64,000 nt of DNA from Mobula hypostoma. Taxonomy: Eukaryota. Position numbers and translations under genes: made by a program. Positions 49,000 through 61,473 of the stretch are shown piece after piece; position 1 is the stretch's first letter, and each line of letters begins with the position of its first letter. The notes under the pieces were generated by a model, which saw nothing but the letters and a program-made list of their open reading frames with translations, searched no databases and was not told the origin of the DNA. The stretch covers positions 47,742,001 through 47,806,000 of the forward strand of contig NC_086108.1 in NCBI RefSeq assembly GCF_963921235.1, in the 5' to 3' direction.

Positions 49000-49770
49000 T
49001 AGGACAAAGGCAAGTTCAAAGAATGGGCAAGACATGACAGATGGAATATAATATGTTGTTTCTACTACAGTGTTAGCTACTGTAGTAGAAACAAAACAGG
49101 AGGGCAGTGTATTTTTAAGAGATGAAAGGGACCTGAGTATCCTCAGCAGCATGCTCCTCTGACTTTCTCACTGAAAGTTTACATGCAAGTACAGTAAGTA
49201 TTAGTGACAACAAAGGGTATATTGGCCATTTTTGCGACAGGAATTGAATACAAAGAATGTCATTTTTCACAAAAATAAAGCCGTGGTGAGATCACAGCTG
49301 GCATATATTTCTTCATGTAAGATCTCCCTACTTGAAACATGGAGTAGAGAGACTGCAGCTAAGGCTGATGCCTGGATTGGCAGTTTTATTGTATGGGAAG
49401 AAGTTAAATAGGCTGGGTCTGTATTGTCAACAGTTTAGAAGAGTGAGAGGTCATCTCAATGTACAAAATTCTTAGGGGGCTTGACAGCATAGATGCTCAA
49501 CTGATGATTTTCTTAGCTAGGGTGCCGAGAACCAGAGGTCAAAGCCTGAAAATATGGGAGTTGGATTAGAATTCATGTAGTGGTTAGTGAATCATTGGAA
49601 TTTTCCACCCAAGTTGCTGATTGTATTCAAGATGGAAATGGATTTTTTTTTTAGTTATTAAGGGAATTGGGATGCAGGAAAGCTGCACCGAGGCAGAAGG
49701 TTAGCCACGATTATCTTGCATGTTGGAGCAGGCATAGGGAGTCAAATGGCCCATTCTTTGTAATTTGTAA
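49000..49770 (+). mobile_element. Old CR1 3' fragment
   Basis: GAATGGGCAAGACATGACAGATGGAATATAAT and ACAAAATTCTTAGGGGGCTTGACAG match other CR1 copies in the window. Confidence 0.65.
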
Positions 49771-50265
49771 TGTATTAAATGTACAATTTCATTTTTCATC
49801 TGCTTTTGCCTAACCTCCTGCTCGGAAATGTGCTCTTTCATTGGCTACTGGCAGAAGGCTGTAGGTGGCAATAAAAGGTGACTGTAAAACAGTTGGAGTC
49901 AAATCTGCAAGTATCTCGGCAAGAGCGCAGCAGTGTGGTCTTGTTGGCAAGGCCTTTGCAGAGTGTGGAGCAGTACATGACCATACACTTCCCTACACTA
50001 TATTCCATCTACCACTTTGCCCATTCTCCCAGTCTGTCTAAGCTCTTCTTCAAACTCCCTGCTTCCTCAACACGACCTGCCCCTCCTCCTATCAAGCTGA
50101 AGTTTAGTTTGTTGTTATTCAACTGTACACACGTATACTGCCAGATGAAGCAACTTTCCTCCGGACCAAGGTGCACAACACAGTACGTATAACTCACACA
50201 CACACTACACATAAAGTAATATTACAAATAAATTAACAAATAATAAGGTGCATAGATGATACAAG

Positions 50266-51138
50266 TGTAATGCCCTGGTTAAGATTTTTACTGCTGTGTT
50301 GTAGGTATTTCATTTTAGCAGTTCTGCAAAAGCAGTCTGTTCCGCTTTCAGCTTGTTTGGGTTTGAACTGAGACAAGAGGCTCATTGTTCAACTTAGGAA
50401 TGTGGTGTCAACCAATCAGGATGGTAGAATTGGGAGAAGGGTCTAGAGAAAGCTGGGTGGATGGGGCATTTTGGCAGAAGCTGGGAGAAGACAGGAGGGA
50501 AGATGGCTGAGGATACCTTTCCTGTTGCACAAGGTGCTTTGTGCAGATGAATGGCTTCAAGAAGGAAGGACCAGTACTCCCATGGGAGATCCATTTGTTT
50601 GTGATGGATTTCGAGCAACATTCAGAAGGTGGTTTGTGCTTCCACGAAGACCAAGAGTCCAGCACGCAAGTTAGACAAGTTCAGGATTAGCTCCAACTTG
50701 TATGCACAGTTAACTATTTAATTATGCTCACAACAGGCTGGAGGAAGTCAGCAGATCAGTTAGCATCTGTGGAAACGTTGACTGATCGTTTCCACGGATG
50801 CTGCCCAACCTGCTGAGTTCCTCCAGGGTGTTGTGAGTGTTGCTTTGACCCCAGCATCTGCAAAGTATTTTGTGTTGACTATTTAATTATAATGGGCCCT
50901 TTTTTTCCTTTAATAACTTTTGGGTTAAGTTAATGTTCATAAATATATTTTCTTTATAATTTTATGCCGTGTACGATCTGTTATTTCTTGCCGACGGGCG
51001 ATTGCAGGGGTGGCAGTAAATCACACAGCATTCATACAAACCGGGGTTTGGGTGGGCGAGACATCCCAGCCTCATGGGTTTGGCGGGATCAAAGTCGTAT
51101 ACTCCCTGAATGTATGGAGCCTGCGAGAGGGAGTTTCA
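50266..51138 (+). mobile_element. Probable solo LTR (Gypsy or ERV)
   Basis: TGTAA...TTTCA termini; 4-bp TSD CAAG at 50262-50265 and 51139-51142; cleanly interrupts the Rex 3' UTR. Strand is tentative. Confidence 0.7.
50726..50877 (+). mobile_element. Short fold-back Penelope-derived insertion inside the solo LTR
   Basis: 13-bp TSD ACTATTTAATTAT at 50713-50725 and 50878-50890; 51-bp inverted arms 50727-50777 / 50787-50837. Confidence 0.8.
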
Positions 51139-53238
51139 CAAGTTTAAAAAGTAAACAGTATAATGTTACTGGTGCTTCATATGTGATGGGAGTGTATGAC
51201 GAGATTCGTACATGATGGCAGGGAGATCTGTAGTCTTATGGTCTGGGGGTAGAAGCATCCTAACAGTTCTTGTCCTAAAGCTGTGGTATCTCCTGCCTGA
51301 TGGTGGTGAGGGGCAGTTCAAAGAGATTGTTGGACAGATGGGAAGGATCATTGACAATGCTAAATGCCCTGTATATGCAGCAGTCCTGATAAATATCTCT
51401 GGTGGGTGGAAAGTGAGGCTCCGATGATCCTCTCAGTCCTTGCAATCCCGTACCAGACGGTGATGCAGCTAGTCAGGACACTCTTGAAGATGCTGTTGTA
51501 AAAATTAGTTGAAATGAGGTGTGGGGGAGCCTCACTCACCTCAAATCTTCTCAGGAAGTGGAGACGCTGCTGTGCTCTCTAGACAAGAGGTGGGGTTGAA
51601 GGATGAGGTCAGGTCAGATCATCCAATACGTGTACTCCCAGAAACTTGGTGCTCCAAACTCTCTCCATGGAGGAGTCGTGTATGTGCAATGAGGAGAGAT
51701 CAGCCTGAACCTTTGTAATGTCCACAATCATCTCTTTGGTCTTGCCCACATTGAGACTCAAGTTGTTGTGCTCATGCCATTCTACCAGCTGCTCGCCTCC
51801 TCTCTGTCGACGAGGCCAGCCACTGATGTGTCATCAGTGAACTTTTCCAAAAGAATTGTCAGATAAGATTTCTCCTTAAGTAAGCCATGCTGATTTTGGC
51901 CTATTTTATCATGTGCCTCCAAGTCCCTGAAACCTAAACCTTAATAATGGACTCCATTGTCTTCCCAGCTAAACCTGTAATTCTCTTTCTTCTGCCTCCC
52001 TCCCTTCTTAAAGAGTAAAGTGACATTTACAATTTTCCAGTACTCGGGAACCATTCCAGAATCTAGTGATTCTTGAAAGATAATTACTAATACCTTCACA
52101 ATCTCTTCAGTAAACTCTTTCAGAGCCCTGGGGTGTAGTCCATCTGGTCCAGGTGACTTATCTCCCTTCAGACCTTTCAGCTTGCCCAAGCACCTTCTCC
52201 TTAGTAATAGCAGCTACACTCACTTCTGCCCCTGACACACTCTAATTTCTGGCATATTGCTAGTGTCTTCCGCCGTGAAGATTGATACAAATATTTATTA
52301 AGTTCATCTTCTATTACTACCTCTAATTGTATTAATAAAATTATATTAAATAATGCTGCTTTGAAATTATATGAAATTCTATTAACAATGATGTTTTAAA
52401 AAGGCTGAAAACATATTTTCCACCACATGCAGCATGTTGACAGGATGTGAGAAGTTTCCAGCAAGTAACTCTCGTTAAAGAGATTAATTTGTTATTTTCC
52501 TTTTCAGGAAGAAGCTGACTGTTGGATATAGCCAACTGGCTGAGTTAACCTACAGTTTGGAGCAATGCAATGCAGCAGTGTGTCTTGAAGCCAGAAACAG
52601 AGGCTTAATTTAAAATCGCTCACTGATTATACACAAATATTTTTTCCACAAACTGGATGTAGTTCAGTAATTTTTTACTAATGCTCATCTGTTGTGAGAT
52701 CAATAAATTCTCTGTATCAGAGGTAAAAATGTAGATGATTTTGTTGAGGTAAAATTTAAATAAAGAAAACAAGTTGTACCACATTTAATACCATTCAATA
52801 AAGTTAACAAAAGAGCATTTTCTCGAACATTACAGTGTGGAGTGGAGAACTGAATGTAATTTTTGAGCATTATCCTGATTTGCTTTGGTTCTGGAAAATG
52901 TAATTTCACATCTAAAGAGGCCTCAGAAAAGAAATCTGAAGGGCTTTCAACATTGAATTGCCAACAAAACTTCCAGGGAATTCAAAGTTACTTAGCCAAA
53001 TTATTCATCCACAGATCTCTTCCTGGTGGTATTTGTTATTGGGAGTTATATTTAGCTGTATATAGAAAAGATCAAATTTTATTTTTATTTTCCATAAATG
53101 CAAATTATGATGGCTTAGTTTCAAGTAAAAATGAACATTCAAACTCTAGTAATTTTCTTGTCAATGGATTTGCAATACTGTGTTTTAAATTGCTGTGTCC
53201 AAATATATGACAAACTGATGAGTTGTCTTTTTTTTCAG

Positions 53239-53322
53239 TCATGGCAAAGTTGGTAATAAAATGAAATTGGAAAATTTTAGTGAATTTCTAAATGGAAACA
53301 TACACAGTGCAGAAGACAGCGA
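53239..53322 (+). CDS. Exon of host gene (HGKVGNKMKLENFSEFLNGNIHSAEDS)
   Basis: Acceptor GTCTTTTTTTTCAG, donor GA/GTAAGC; 84 nt with only the phase-2 frame open. Confidence 0.75.
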
Positions 53323-53620
53323 GTAAGCCATCACTGATTAACATAAAATCTTTAATGTCCTGTTTGGAAGAATCATCTTGACAGCTGCATGGGATGAGAG
53401 TTTATGGTTCAAAAACATTGAACAGCTGTATCTAATTACTTTGTGTTAATATGGCCCATTGTGGAAAACTGAAGTTTTCCATTCCCGCCTTCCTCCATCC
53501 CACCACCAACAGCATCACCAAATGTCCTACTCCTGACTCAACCAATATTGTTTGCCTTGGGTGTTTTTTTCATGCATTCAGTTTTAACCCAATAATAAAA
53601 TAATTGGTGTTTGTTTCCAG

Positions 53621-53665
53621 ATCGCACAGGGTGGTTCGCAGGATGGGGAACATGTGGCACATCGG
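53621..53665 (+). CDS. Exon of host gene (SHRVVRRMGNMWHI)
   Basis: Acceptor TGTTTGTTTCCAG; in frame with the previous exon; donor GG/GTTTGT (alternative G/GTCAAA near 53682). Confidence 0.65.
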
Positions 53666-53789
53666 GTTTGTTCTGGTGGCAGGTCAAAGCAAACTAACGT
53701 CCCTCTTCCCATAGACTTGCAGCTTTTATTTTCATATGTATGCTAAATACACTCCTGAATCTCTATTCTTGTACTCATTTTATAATTGC

Positions 53790-54170
53790 CACATGGAACA
53801 TACAATAATACAGCACAAGAACAAGCCCTTTGGCCCATGATATTGTACTGACCTGATCAAGCCAATGACACCTAATTATTTACTCCTGCAAATGGTCAGT
53901 AAATCCTCAATCTCTACGTATTCACATGCCTATCTAAGAGCTTCCTTAAATGCTTCCATCGTTTCTGCATCCACTACCACCCCTGGCAGTGCATTCTAGG
54001 CACACACCATTCTCTTTGTATGTATTTTTTAAACCGTGCCCTGTGCATTTCCTTTGAATTTCACCCCTCTGACATTAATGTGTGCCCTCTAGTATCAGAC
54101 ATTTCAATCCTGGGAAAAAGGTACCAGCTATTAAAACTTTGTCTATCATAATCTAATAAACCTCTCTTTT
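53790..54170 (-). mobile_element. CR1 3' tail fragment
   Basis: CATGGAACATACAA tail and CCACTACCACCCCTGGCAGTGCATTC match other minus-strand CR1 3' ends. Confidence 0.7.
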
Positions 54171-54492
54171 CAGATTGTCCAGAATATAAAAATAGAACAT
54201 TTATCCTGTCTCAGCATTAATTTTTATCTGCTAAGTACCCACCATTCTGCCCAGACCTTGCTTGAATCTGGTGCAATTCTTCACACCATTTACTCACCTT
54301 CAACTTTATATCAGCTATATAGTTGGAAATTGTGTCCCCTTCACTGAAATTCAGTGTTATTTTTTAAATAAAAAACAGTCATACAGTATTGACCACTGTA
54401 CACACAATCCAAGAAATGACCTTTCATGACAGTTAGATGTCCTATTAGGTAGTGAACTTCCTATCCATGCTGCTATAACCCATTTTCATGAG

Positions 54493-54593
54493 GTAAACAC
54501 GAGGAATTCTGCAGATGCTGGAAATTCAAGCAATTTTCCTAGAAATGCTGTCTGGCCTGCTGCGTTCACCAGCAACTTTGGTATGTGTTGCTT
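54493..54593 (+). mobile_element. 101-bp Penelope tail insertion with inverted 5' part
   Basis: 13-bp TSD CCATTTTCATGAG at 54480-54492 and 54594-54606; antisense tail piece then sense TTCCTAGAAATGCTG...GTGTTGCTT. Confidence 0.85.
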
Positions 54594-54631
54594 CCATTTT
54601 CATGAGTATCAGTCTTGTGACAAGCCTATTA

Positions 54632-54945
54632 TGGCAGTGGCAGTGTTATACTGCAGGTAGTGCAGCTGCTTCATGACTCCCATGACCCATATTCGATCCT
54701 GACCTTTGGTATCATTGGAAAGAGCCTGCACATTCTTGGGTGGTTTTCCTCCCACATCCCAAAGATGTGCAGTTATTGAGTTTATTGGACATTGTAATCC
54801 TAACCTAGAGGGTTGGCAGGAGAATTTGAGGATGGAGGAAGTAGTGTCAGACAGTGGGATACAGAGAAATAAATGGGTGGAGGGGGCATGGGGAATGTCA
54901 TTGCTCTGACACCCAGTGTAGTTTAAACAGTTGAAGGGCCTTTGG
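54632..54945 (+). mobile_element. Degenerate V-SINE (HE1-like)
   Basis: tRNA-like head with TTCGATCC B-box; V-domain-like GGTTTTCCTCCCACATCCCAAAGATGTGCAG; CR1-like tail GAAGGGCCT. Confidence 0.65.
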
Positions 54946-56494
54946 TAACTAGAAATATTTTTTTAAAAGCTGTAGCAGTTTATCAGACACTTTTTAGAAG
55001 TCCTTGTGTACTGCATCAACTACAATTCCCTCATTAATACTCTATTTGTCATTGTTAGCCTGGATCTGTGTGGATATCCGGCTCTGATTAGGGTAGTTGC
55101 TTTAATAATGTGACATTCAGGACTCTATTGAATAGTGGCCCCAAATTATTGTGCCTGGTAAGGTAATTGATTATCAAGGTATGGTGGTTAGAACTGTGCT
55201 CCACAGAAATAGTTTTTGCCTGATTCTTGAGTTACAGAAATATTATTGATATTGTAACTTAAGCCTGAGCTGAATGTTTTCCATATCTTGCGGATGCAGC
55301 CATGGGCTACTTCATTTGATGTTTTGCAAATGGGATCGAACTCTGCAACAATCAGCAAACATTTTCAGTTCAGACATCTTTAAAGAAAATGTCATAGATG
55401 AAGCAGTTGAAAATAAGCCCATGGTACCACCTAGAATTGCTTTGAATTTTGGTATTTAAAATGACCTTCTGTGCTTGATAAAATTCGAATGTTACAACAG
55501 GTTTTTCACACCCCATCCCAGGAGACTCCTGTTAGATATAGGAATGGAGAACTCATCCACTTAATTATTGATGGCACGAAACATGTGTCACAAGGAAAAT
55601 TGCAGGAAGTACTCACAAAGTCAGACAGAGAAACAGATAAGAGATAGAGACCTTTTCACCACAATTTGGAGAGGAAACAAGTTAATTCAGACTGTAGAGA
55701 AAGTAGGGGTAGGGAATAGGTGGAACAAAGAAAATTATCTGGTAGAAGGGGACTGCATACCCTAATGTGGCAGTTAAGATTAGATTAAATGTTTGTGTAA
55801 TATGCTGCTAATGGTAAGGCCATGGGAAATACCCAACAGATGTTCCCATTCAGATGGTATTGATTTATTATCAGAAACACCCCCACACCTCCCCAGCTTT
55901 CAGTAATTTTCTCCCAGGCACATTTCAGCCACTGGGGAAAAACTAGCATAGCAAACCTTCCCAGATATGTGTGGATGATGCACACAAAGGGTATGCACAG
56001 AGCTGATAAGTGTTTTTAGGGAGTAATCGATGTGCAATAAGTTGGCCTCTTTTATTCTAAAATTGTGGTGAGATAATCAACAAAGATAATAGGAATTGTG
56101 ATATAATGAGGTATTTTTCATTTCCCAGTGGAATTTAATGCTCATCATCCTTCAGCAATTCTTCTAGTGACAGTATGCCTACATCGATGATGAAGGAATG
56201 TTAATATAGTCAGACTGGTGTGTGTCTTGGAGGGAATCTGAAACTGTTGCCATTATCTTACTAGATGGAGGTGCAGCTGTGTGATAGCAGATGCTGTCAA
56301 AGCTGGCTAAATTGTGGCAGTGATAGTACAGATTACACTGACTGGTGTGAACACTTTCAAAAAGTGCCAATAATCTTTAGTTTTTGGACAATGCAGGAGC
56401 TAGAATGAATTCCAGCTTACAGATGATGGACAGAATCTGGGGTGTCAGGAGGTGGACCAAAGTATACCCGTTTTCTACCAAACTATTGGGTGTT

Positions 56495-58952
56495 ATTGGG
56501 TAATAACTACCCAACTAAGTGCACCCAGCTGCAGCTTCTAACACTCCGTGTTAAGGAGTTGGAGCTGGAACTGGATGAACTGTAGATCATTCAGGAGGCC
56601 GAGGATCTGATAGATAGGACATATAGAGAGGTAGTTACTCCTAAGGTGCAAGACATAGGAGACTGGGTGACAGTCAGGAAAGGGAAATGGATTGTACCCC
56701 TGTGGCCATCCTCCTCAACAATAGATATATCACTTTAAATACTGTTGGGGGGGGGGGATGGCCTAGCAGAGGAAAGTCACAGCAGTCAGATCTCTGGCAC
56801 TGTGCTGTGTCTGGCTCAGTGACTCAGAAGGGAAGTGGCGGGGGGGGGGGGCGCAGGGGAGGTGGAGAGAGAGAAGAGGCAAACTGTGGCAATACAGGAA
56901 CAGAAAGGAGGTTCTGTGGATGACAACGAGATTTCCAGAATGTATGTTGCCTCGCAGGTGCTAGGGTCTGAGATATCTGATTAAGTCCTCAGCATTCTTA
57001 AGAGGGAGAGTGAACAGCCAGAGTTTGTAGTCCATGTAGGTACCAATGACATAGGGAGAATGAGTGATGGGTTTGGGGACTTAGGTGCTAAGTTAAAGGA
57101 CAGGGCCAGGGTTATGATCTCAGAATTGCTAGCAGTGTCATTTGCTAGTGAGGCTAGAAAAAGGAAGATCGTACAGTTTAAACACTTGGCTAAGGAGTGG
57201 TGTAGGAGGGAGGGCATCACATTTTTGGATCACTGGGCTCTCTTCCAGGGAAGGTGGGACATGTACAGAAGAGACGGTTTGCACCTGAACTGGAGGAAGA
57301 CAAATATGCCAGCGGGAAGATTTGCTAGTGCTGCATGGTGGTGGGGGGAGGGGGTTAAACTAGAGTTTCAGGGGGATGAGAACCAGAGTGCCAGAAGAGA
57401 TAGTGGAGAAGTTGTTGGGACATGTTGTTGTGAACTCAAGACAATGTCAGGAATCAAAAGGTTAAGCTTAGTGCGACTAATTTCCTGAGCTGCGTATATT
57501 CCATTTTATCGTAGGAAAAGCAGATGAACTCGGGGCATGGATCAACACATGGAATTATGATATTGTAGCCCTTCGTGAGACTTGGTTGCAGGGGCAGGAT
57601 TGGCAGCTCAGTATTCCGAGGTTCCGTTGTTTTAGACGTGACAGAGGGAGGGATGGTATTACTAGTCAGGGTAATGCTCAGTCAGGGCAGACCGAAAAGC
57701 TCGTCTAGTGAGGCGTTATGAGTGCAATTGAGGATTCAGAAAGGTGTGGCCACGTTAATGGGGCTATATTACAGACTACCCAACAGTTCATGGGATTTAG
57801 AGGAACAAATTTATGGAGAGATCGCAAACTGCTGAAAGATAAGAAACATAAGGTTGTTATAGTAGGTGATTTTAACTTTTAACATATTGACTGGGATACC
57901 CATACTGTAAAAGAACTAGATAGGATAGTGTTGATCGAATGTTTCTTGTCGAGGCAAATTAGGGTGGATAAATCCCCAGGGCATGACAAGGTGTTCCCTT
58001 GGACCCTGTGGGAGGCATGCAGAAATTTCAGGGCCCCGAGCAGAGATATTTAAATCATTCTTAGCGACAGGTGAGATACCTGAGGATTGGATGATAGCTA
58101 ATGTTGTTCCGCTGTTTGAGAAAGGCTCTAACAGTAAACCAGGAAATTATAGGCCAGTGAGCTCGACATTAATAGTGGGAAAGTTATTGTAAGGTATTCT
58201 AAGGGACTGGATAAACCTATTTGGATAAACGTGGACTGATTAGGGATAGTCTGCATGACTTCGTGTATGGTAGGCCATATCTAACCAATCTTATAATATT
58301 TTGAGGAAGTTATCAGGAAAGCTGATGAAGGCAAGGCAGTGGATATTGTCTACATGGACTTTAGCAAGGCCTTTGACGAGGTCTCACAGGGGAGGTTGGT
58401 CAAGAAGTTTCAGTTGCTCATCATTCAAGATGAGGTAGTAAATTGGATTAGACATTGGCTTTGTGTGAAAAGCCAGAGTGGTAATAGATGGTTGTCTCTC
58501 TCTCTGACTGGAGGCGGCGACTAATAGACTGCCGCAGGAATCAGTGCTGGGTCCGTTGTTTGGCATCTATATCAATGATCTGGATAATAATATGGTTAAT
58601 TAGATCAGCAAATTTGTGGATGACACCAAAACTGGGGTTGTAGTGAGAAAGAGCTTACAGCAGGACCTGGACCAGCTGGAAAAATGGCAATTGGAACTTG
58701 ATGCACATAAGTGTGAGGTGTTTCACTTTGACTGGACCATCCAGCCTAGGTCTTACACAGTGAACAGAAGGGCATTGAAGAGTGCTGTAGGACAAAGGGA
58801 TTTGGGAACACAGGTCCATAATTAATTTAAAGTGGCATTGCAGGTAGATAGGGTTGGAAAGAAAGCTTTTAGCACATTGGCCTTCATAAATCAAAGTACT
58901 GATAACAGGAGATGGGGTATTATGTTGAAGTTGTATAAGACATTGGTGAGGC
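56495..58952 (+). mobile_element. Decayed CR1 (ORF1 coiled coil/esterase, partial ORF2), 3' end missing
   Basis: HVGTND and DGLHLN in ORF1; GNYRPVS and DFSKAFD in ORF2. Confidence 0.85.
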
Positions 58953-60915
58953 CCACTCTTTGCCTACTGTGGGCAAGCCAATTCTGGATCCACAAAGCAA
59001 GGTCCCCTTGGATCCCATGCCTCCTTACCTTCTCAATAAGTCTTGCATGGTGAACCCTATCAAATGCCTTGCTGAAATCCATATACACTATATCTACTGC
59101 TCTACCTTCATCAATGTGTTTAGTCACATCCTCAAAAAATTCAATAGGCTCGTAAGACACAACCTGCCTTTGACAAAGCCATGCTGACTATTCCTAGTCA
59201 TATTATGCCTCTCCAAGTGTTCATAAATCCTGCCTCTCAGGATCGTTTCCATCAATTTACCAACCACTGAAGTAAGACTCACTAGTCTATAATTTCCTGG
59301 GCTATCTCTACTCCCTTTCTTGAATAAGGGAACAACATCTGCAACCCTCCAATCCTCCGGAACCTCTCCTGTTCCCATTGATGATGCAAAGATCATTGCC
59401 AGAGGCTCAGCCATCTCCTCCCTTGCCTCCCACAGTGGCCCAGGGTATATCTCATCCAGTCCCGGTGACTTATCCAACGTGATGCTTTCCAAAAGCTCCA
59501 GCACATCCTTTTTCTTAATGTCTACATGTTCAAGCTTTTCAGTCCTCTGTAACTGAATACTGAAGCAAAGTATTCATAAGTACCTCCGCTACCTCCTCTG
59601 GTTCCATACACACTTTTCCACTGCCACATTTGATTGGTCCTATTCTCTCATATCTTATCCTCTTGCTCTTCACATATTTAGAGAACGCCTTGGGGTTTTC
59701 CTTAATCCTGCTCACCAAGGGCTTCTCATGGCCCCTTCTGGCTCTCCTAATTTCATTCTTAAGCTCCTTCCTGCTAGCCTTCTAATTTTCTAGATTTATA
59801 ATATTATCTAGATTTTAGAATCTTTCATAAACTTTTCTTTTTGTCTAGATTTGCAACAGCCTTTGTACACCATGGTTCCTGTACCCTACCATCCTTTCCC
59901 TTTTCCGTCTCATTGGAATGAACCTATGCAGAACGCCACGCAAATATCCCCTGAACGTTTGCCACATTTTTGCCATACATTTCTGAGAACATTTGTTCCC
60001 AATTTATACTTCCAAGTTCCTGCCTGATAGCTTCATATTTCCCCTTACTCCAATTAAACATTTTCCAACTTGTCTGCTCCTATCCCGCACCAATGCTATG
60101 GTAAAGAAGATAGAATTGTGATCACTATCTCCAAAATGCTCTCCCATTGAGAGACCTGACGCCTGACCAGGTTCACTTCCCAATACCAGAGCAAGTACCG
60201 CCCCTTGTAGGCTTATCAACATATTGTGTCAGGAAACCTTCCTGAACACACCTAACAAACTCCACCCCATCTAAACCCCTTGCTCTAGGGAGATGACAAT
60301 CAATACTGTTAAAATTTCCCATCATGACAACCCTGTTATTACTGTACCTTTCCAGAATCTGTCTCCCCATCTGCTCCTCGATATCCCTGTTACTATTGGG
60401 TGGTCTATAAAAAACACCCTGTAGAATTATTGACACCTTCCTGTTCCTAACTTCCAGCCACTGACTCAGTAGACAATCCCTCCATGACTTCCTCCTTTTC
60501 TGCAGCCGTGACACTATCCCTGATCAGCAGTGCCACGCCCCCACCTCTTTTGCCTCCCTCTGTCCTTTCTGAAACATCTAAAGCCTGGCACTCTAAGTAG
60601 CCATTCCTGCCCGAGCCATCCAAGTCTCTGTAATGGCCACATCATAGCTCCAACTACTGATCCACACACTTAAGCTCATTCACTTTGTTCATGATACCCA
60701 GTACACGAAAATAGACACATCTCAAACCATCAGTCTGAGCCCATCCCTTCTCTATCACCTGTCTAACCTCCCTCTCACACTGTCTACAAGCTTTCTCTAT
60801 TTGTGAGCCAACCGCTCCTTCCTCCACCTCTTCAGTTGGGTTCCCACCCCCCAGCAATTCTAGTTTAAACTCTTCTCTAATAGCCTTAGCAAACCTCCCT
60901 GCCAGGATATTGGAC
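58953..60915 (-). mobile_element. Decayed CR1 (endonuclease to mid-RT), 3' end missing
   Basis: GVFYRPPNS, GDSDHNSI, DKSPGLDEI, NSQHGFVKGR, DFSKAFDRV on the minus strand. Confidence 0.85.
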
Positions 60916-61473
60916 TTATTGAAGTGGCTGACATTCCTGAAGCATGTACTTCACTTGCAGTTTAGCAATCCATGACTGATTGCAACCAGATCATAATATA
61001 TGCAGATTTGTATTGTACTACTTCACTTTCTAAGGGGCTCTAGGTGGAGTTAGAATGTGGGTCCTGCCATTTCCTGCTCCATTCCGGGCGGGTAGTTGGT
61101 GAGGGGAAGTTAAGAGAATTTTTAAAACTTTTCTTTGCTCTAAGACACCTCTTGTGATCCAGATTACAATCAAATTGCATTGCTGTGTGATGACCTGTGT
61201 GTCAATATACCCCAATACGAGCGGACAGTTCTATGTCTGACATCATGACTTTTGAGTTTTCTGTTGAAATGAGATTGTGAGTTTTGGTTTCCAACTTTTG
61301 TGAATTGTAACACCACAAACCTTACCGTGAGTAAACAGATATTCAGCAGACATTAGTCCATAGGTGGATATTCTTGGGTCTTGATGTTGGCTTCGAAGTA
61401 AGGACAAGAATGGAATGCAGCAAGGTTTATCTTGGCAGCTCTTTGTGCATTAGACATTCACCATCATAATTCA

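Larger units (their letters stand above)
50098..51840 (-). mobile_element. Rex1/Babar-like LINE fragment within CR1 remnants (~49975-52320), split by a solo LTR
   Basis: Minus ORF PPSGRRYHSFRTRTVRM; 3' UTR matches 7193-7440 on both sides of the LTR. Confidence 0.7.

Noticed and set aside
52508..52610. Candidate exon after TTTTCCTTTTCAG (KKLTVGYSQLA...)
   Set aside because: Good acceptor and open phase-2 frame but no convincing donor; not called, though it cannot be excluded without RNA-seq.
54632..54710. tRNA gene
   Set aside because: Degenerate tRNA-derived SINE head continuing into a V-domain; no intact cloverleaf.
57060..57488. Cellular SGNH esterase gene
   Set aside because: Known CR1 ORF1 esterase domain, directly followed by CR1 ORF2 remnants.
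58891..59160. Chimeric RT ORF
   Set aside because: Artefact of the tail-to-tail CR1 junction.
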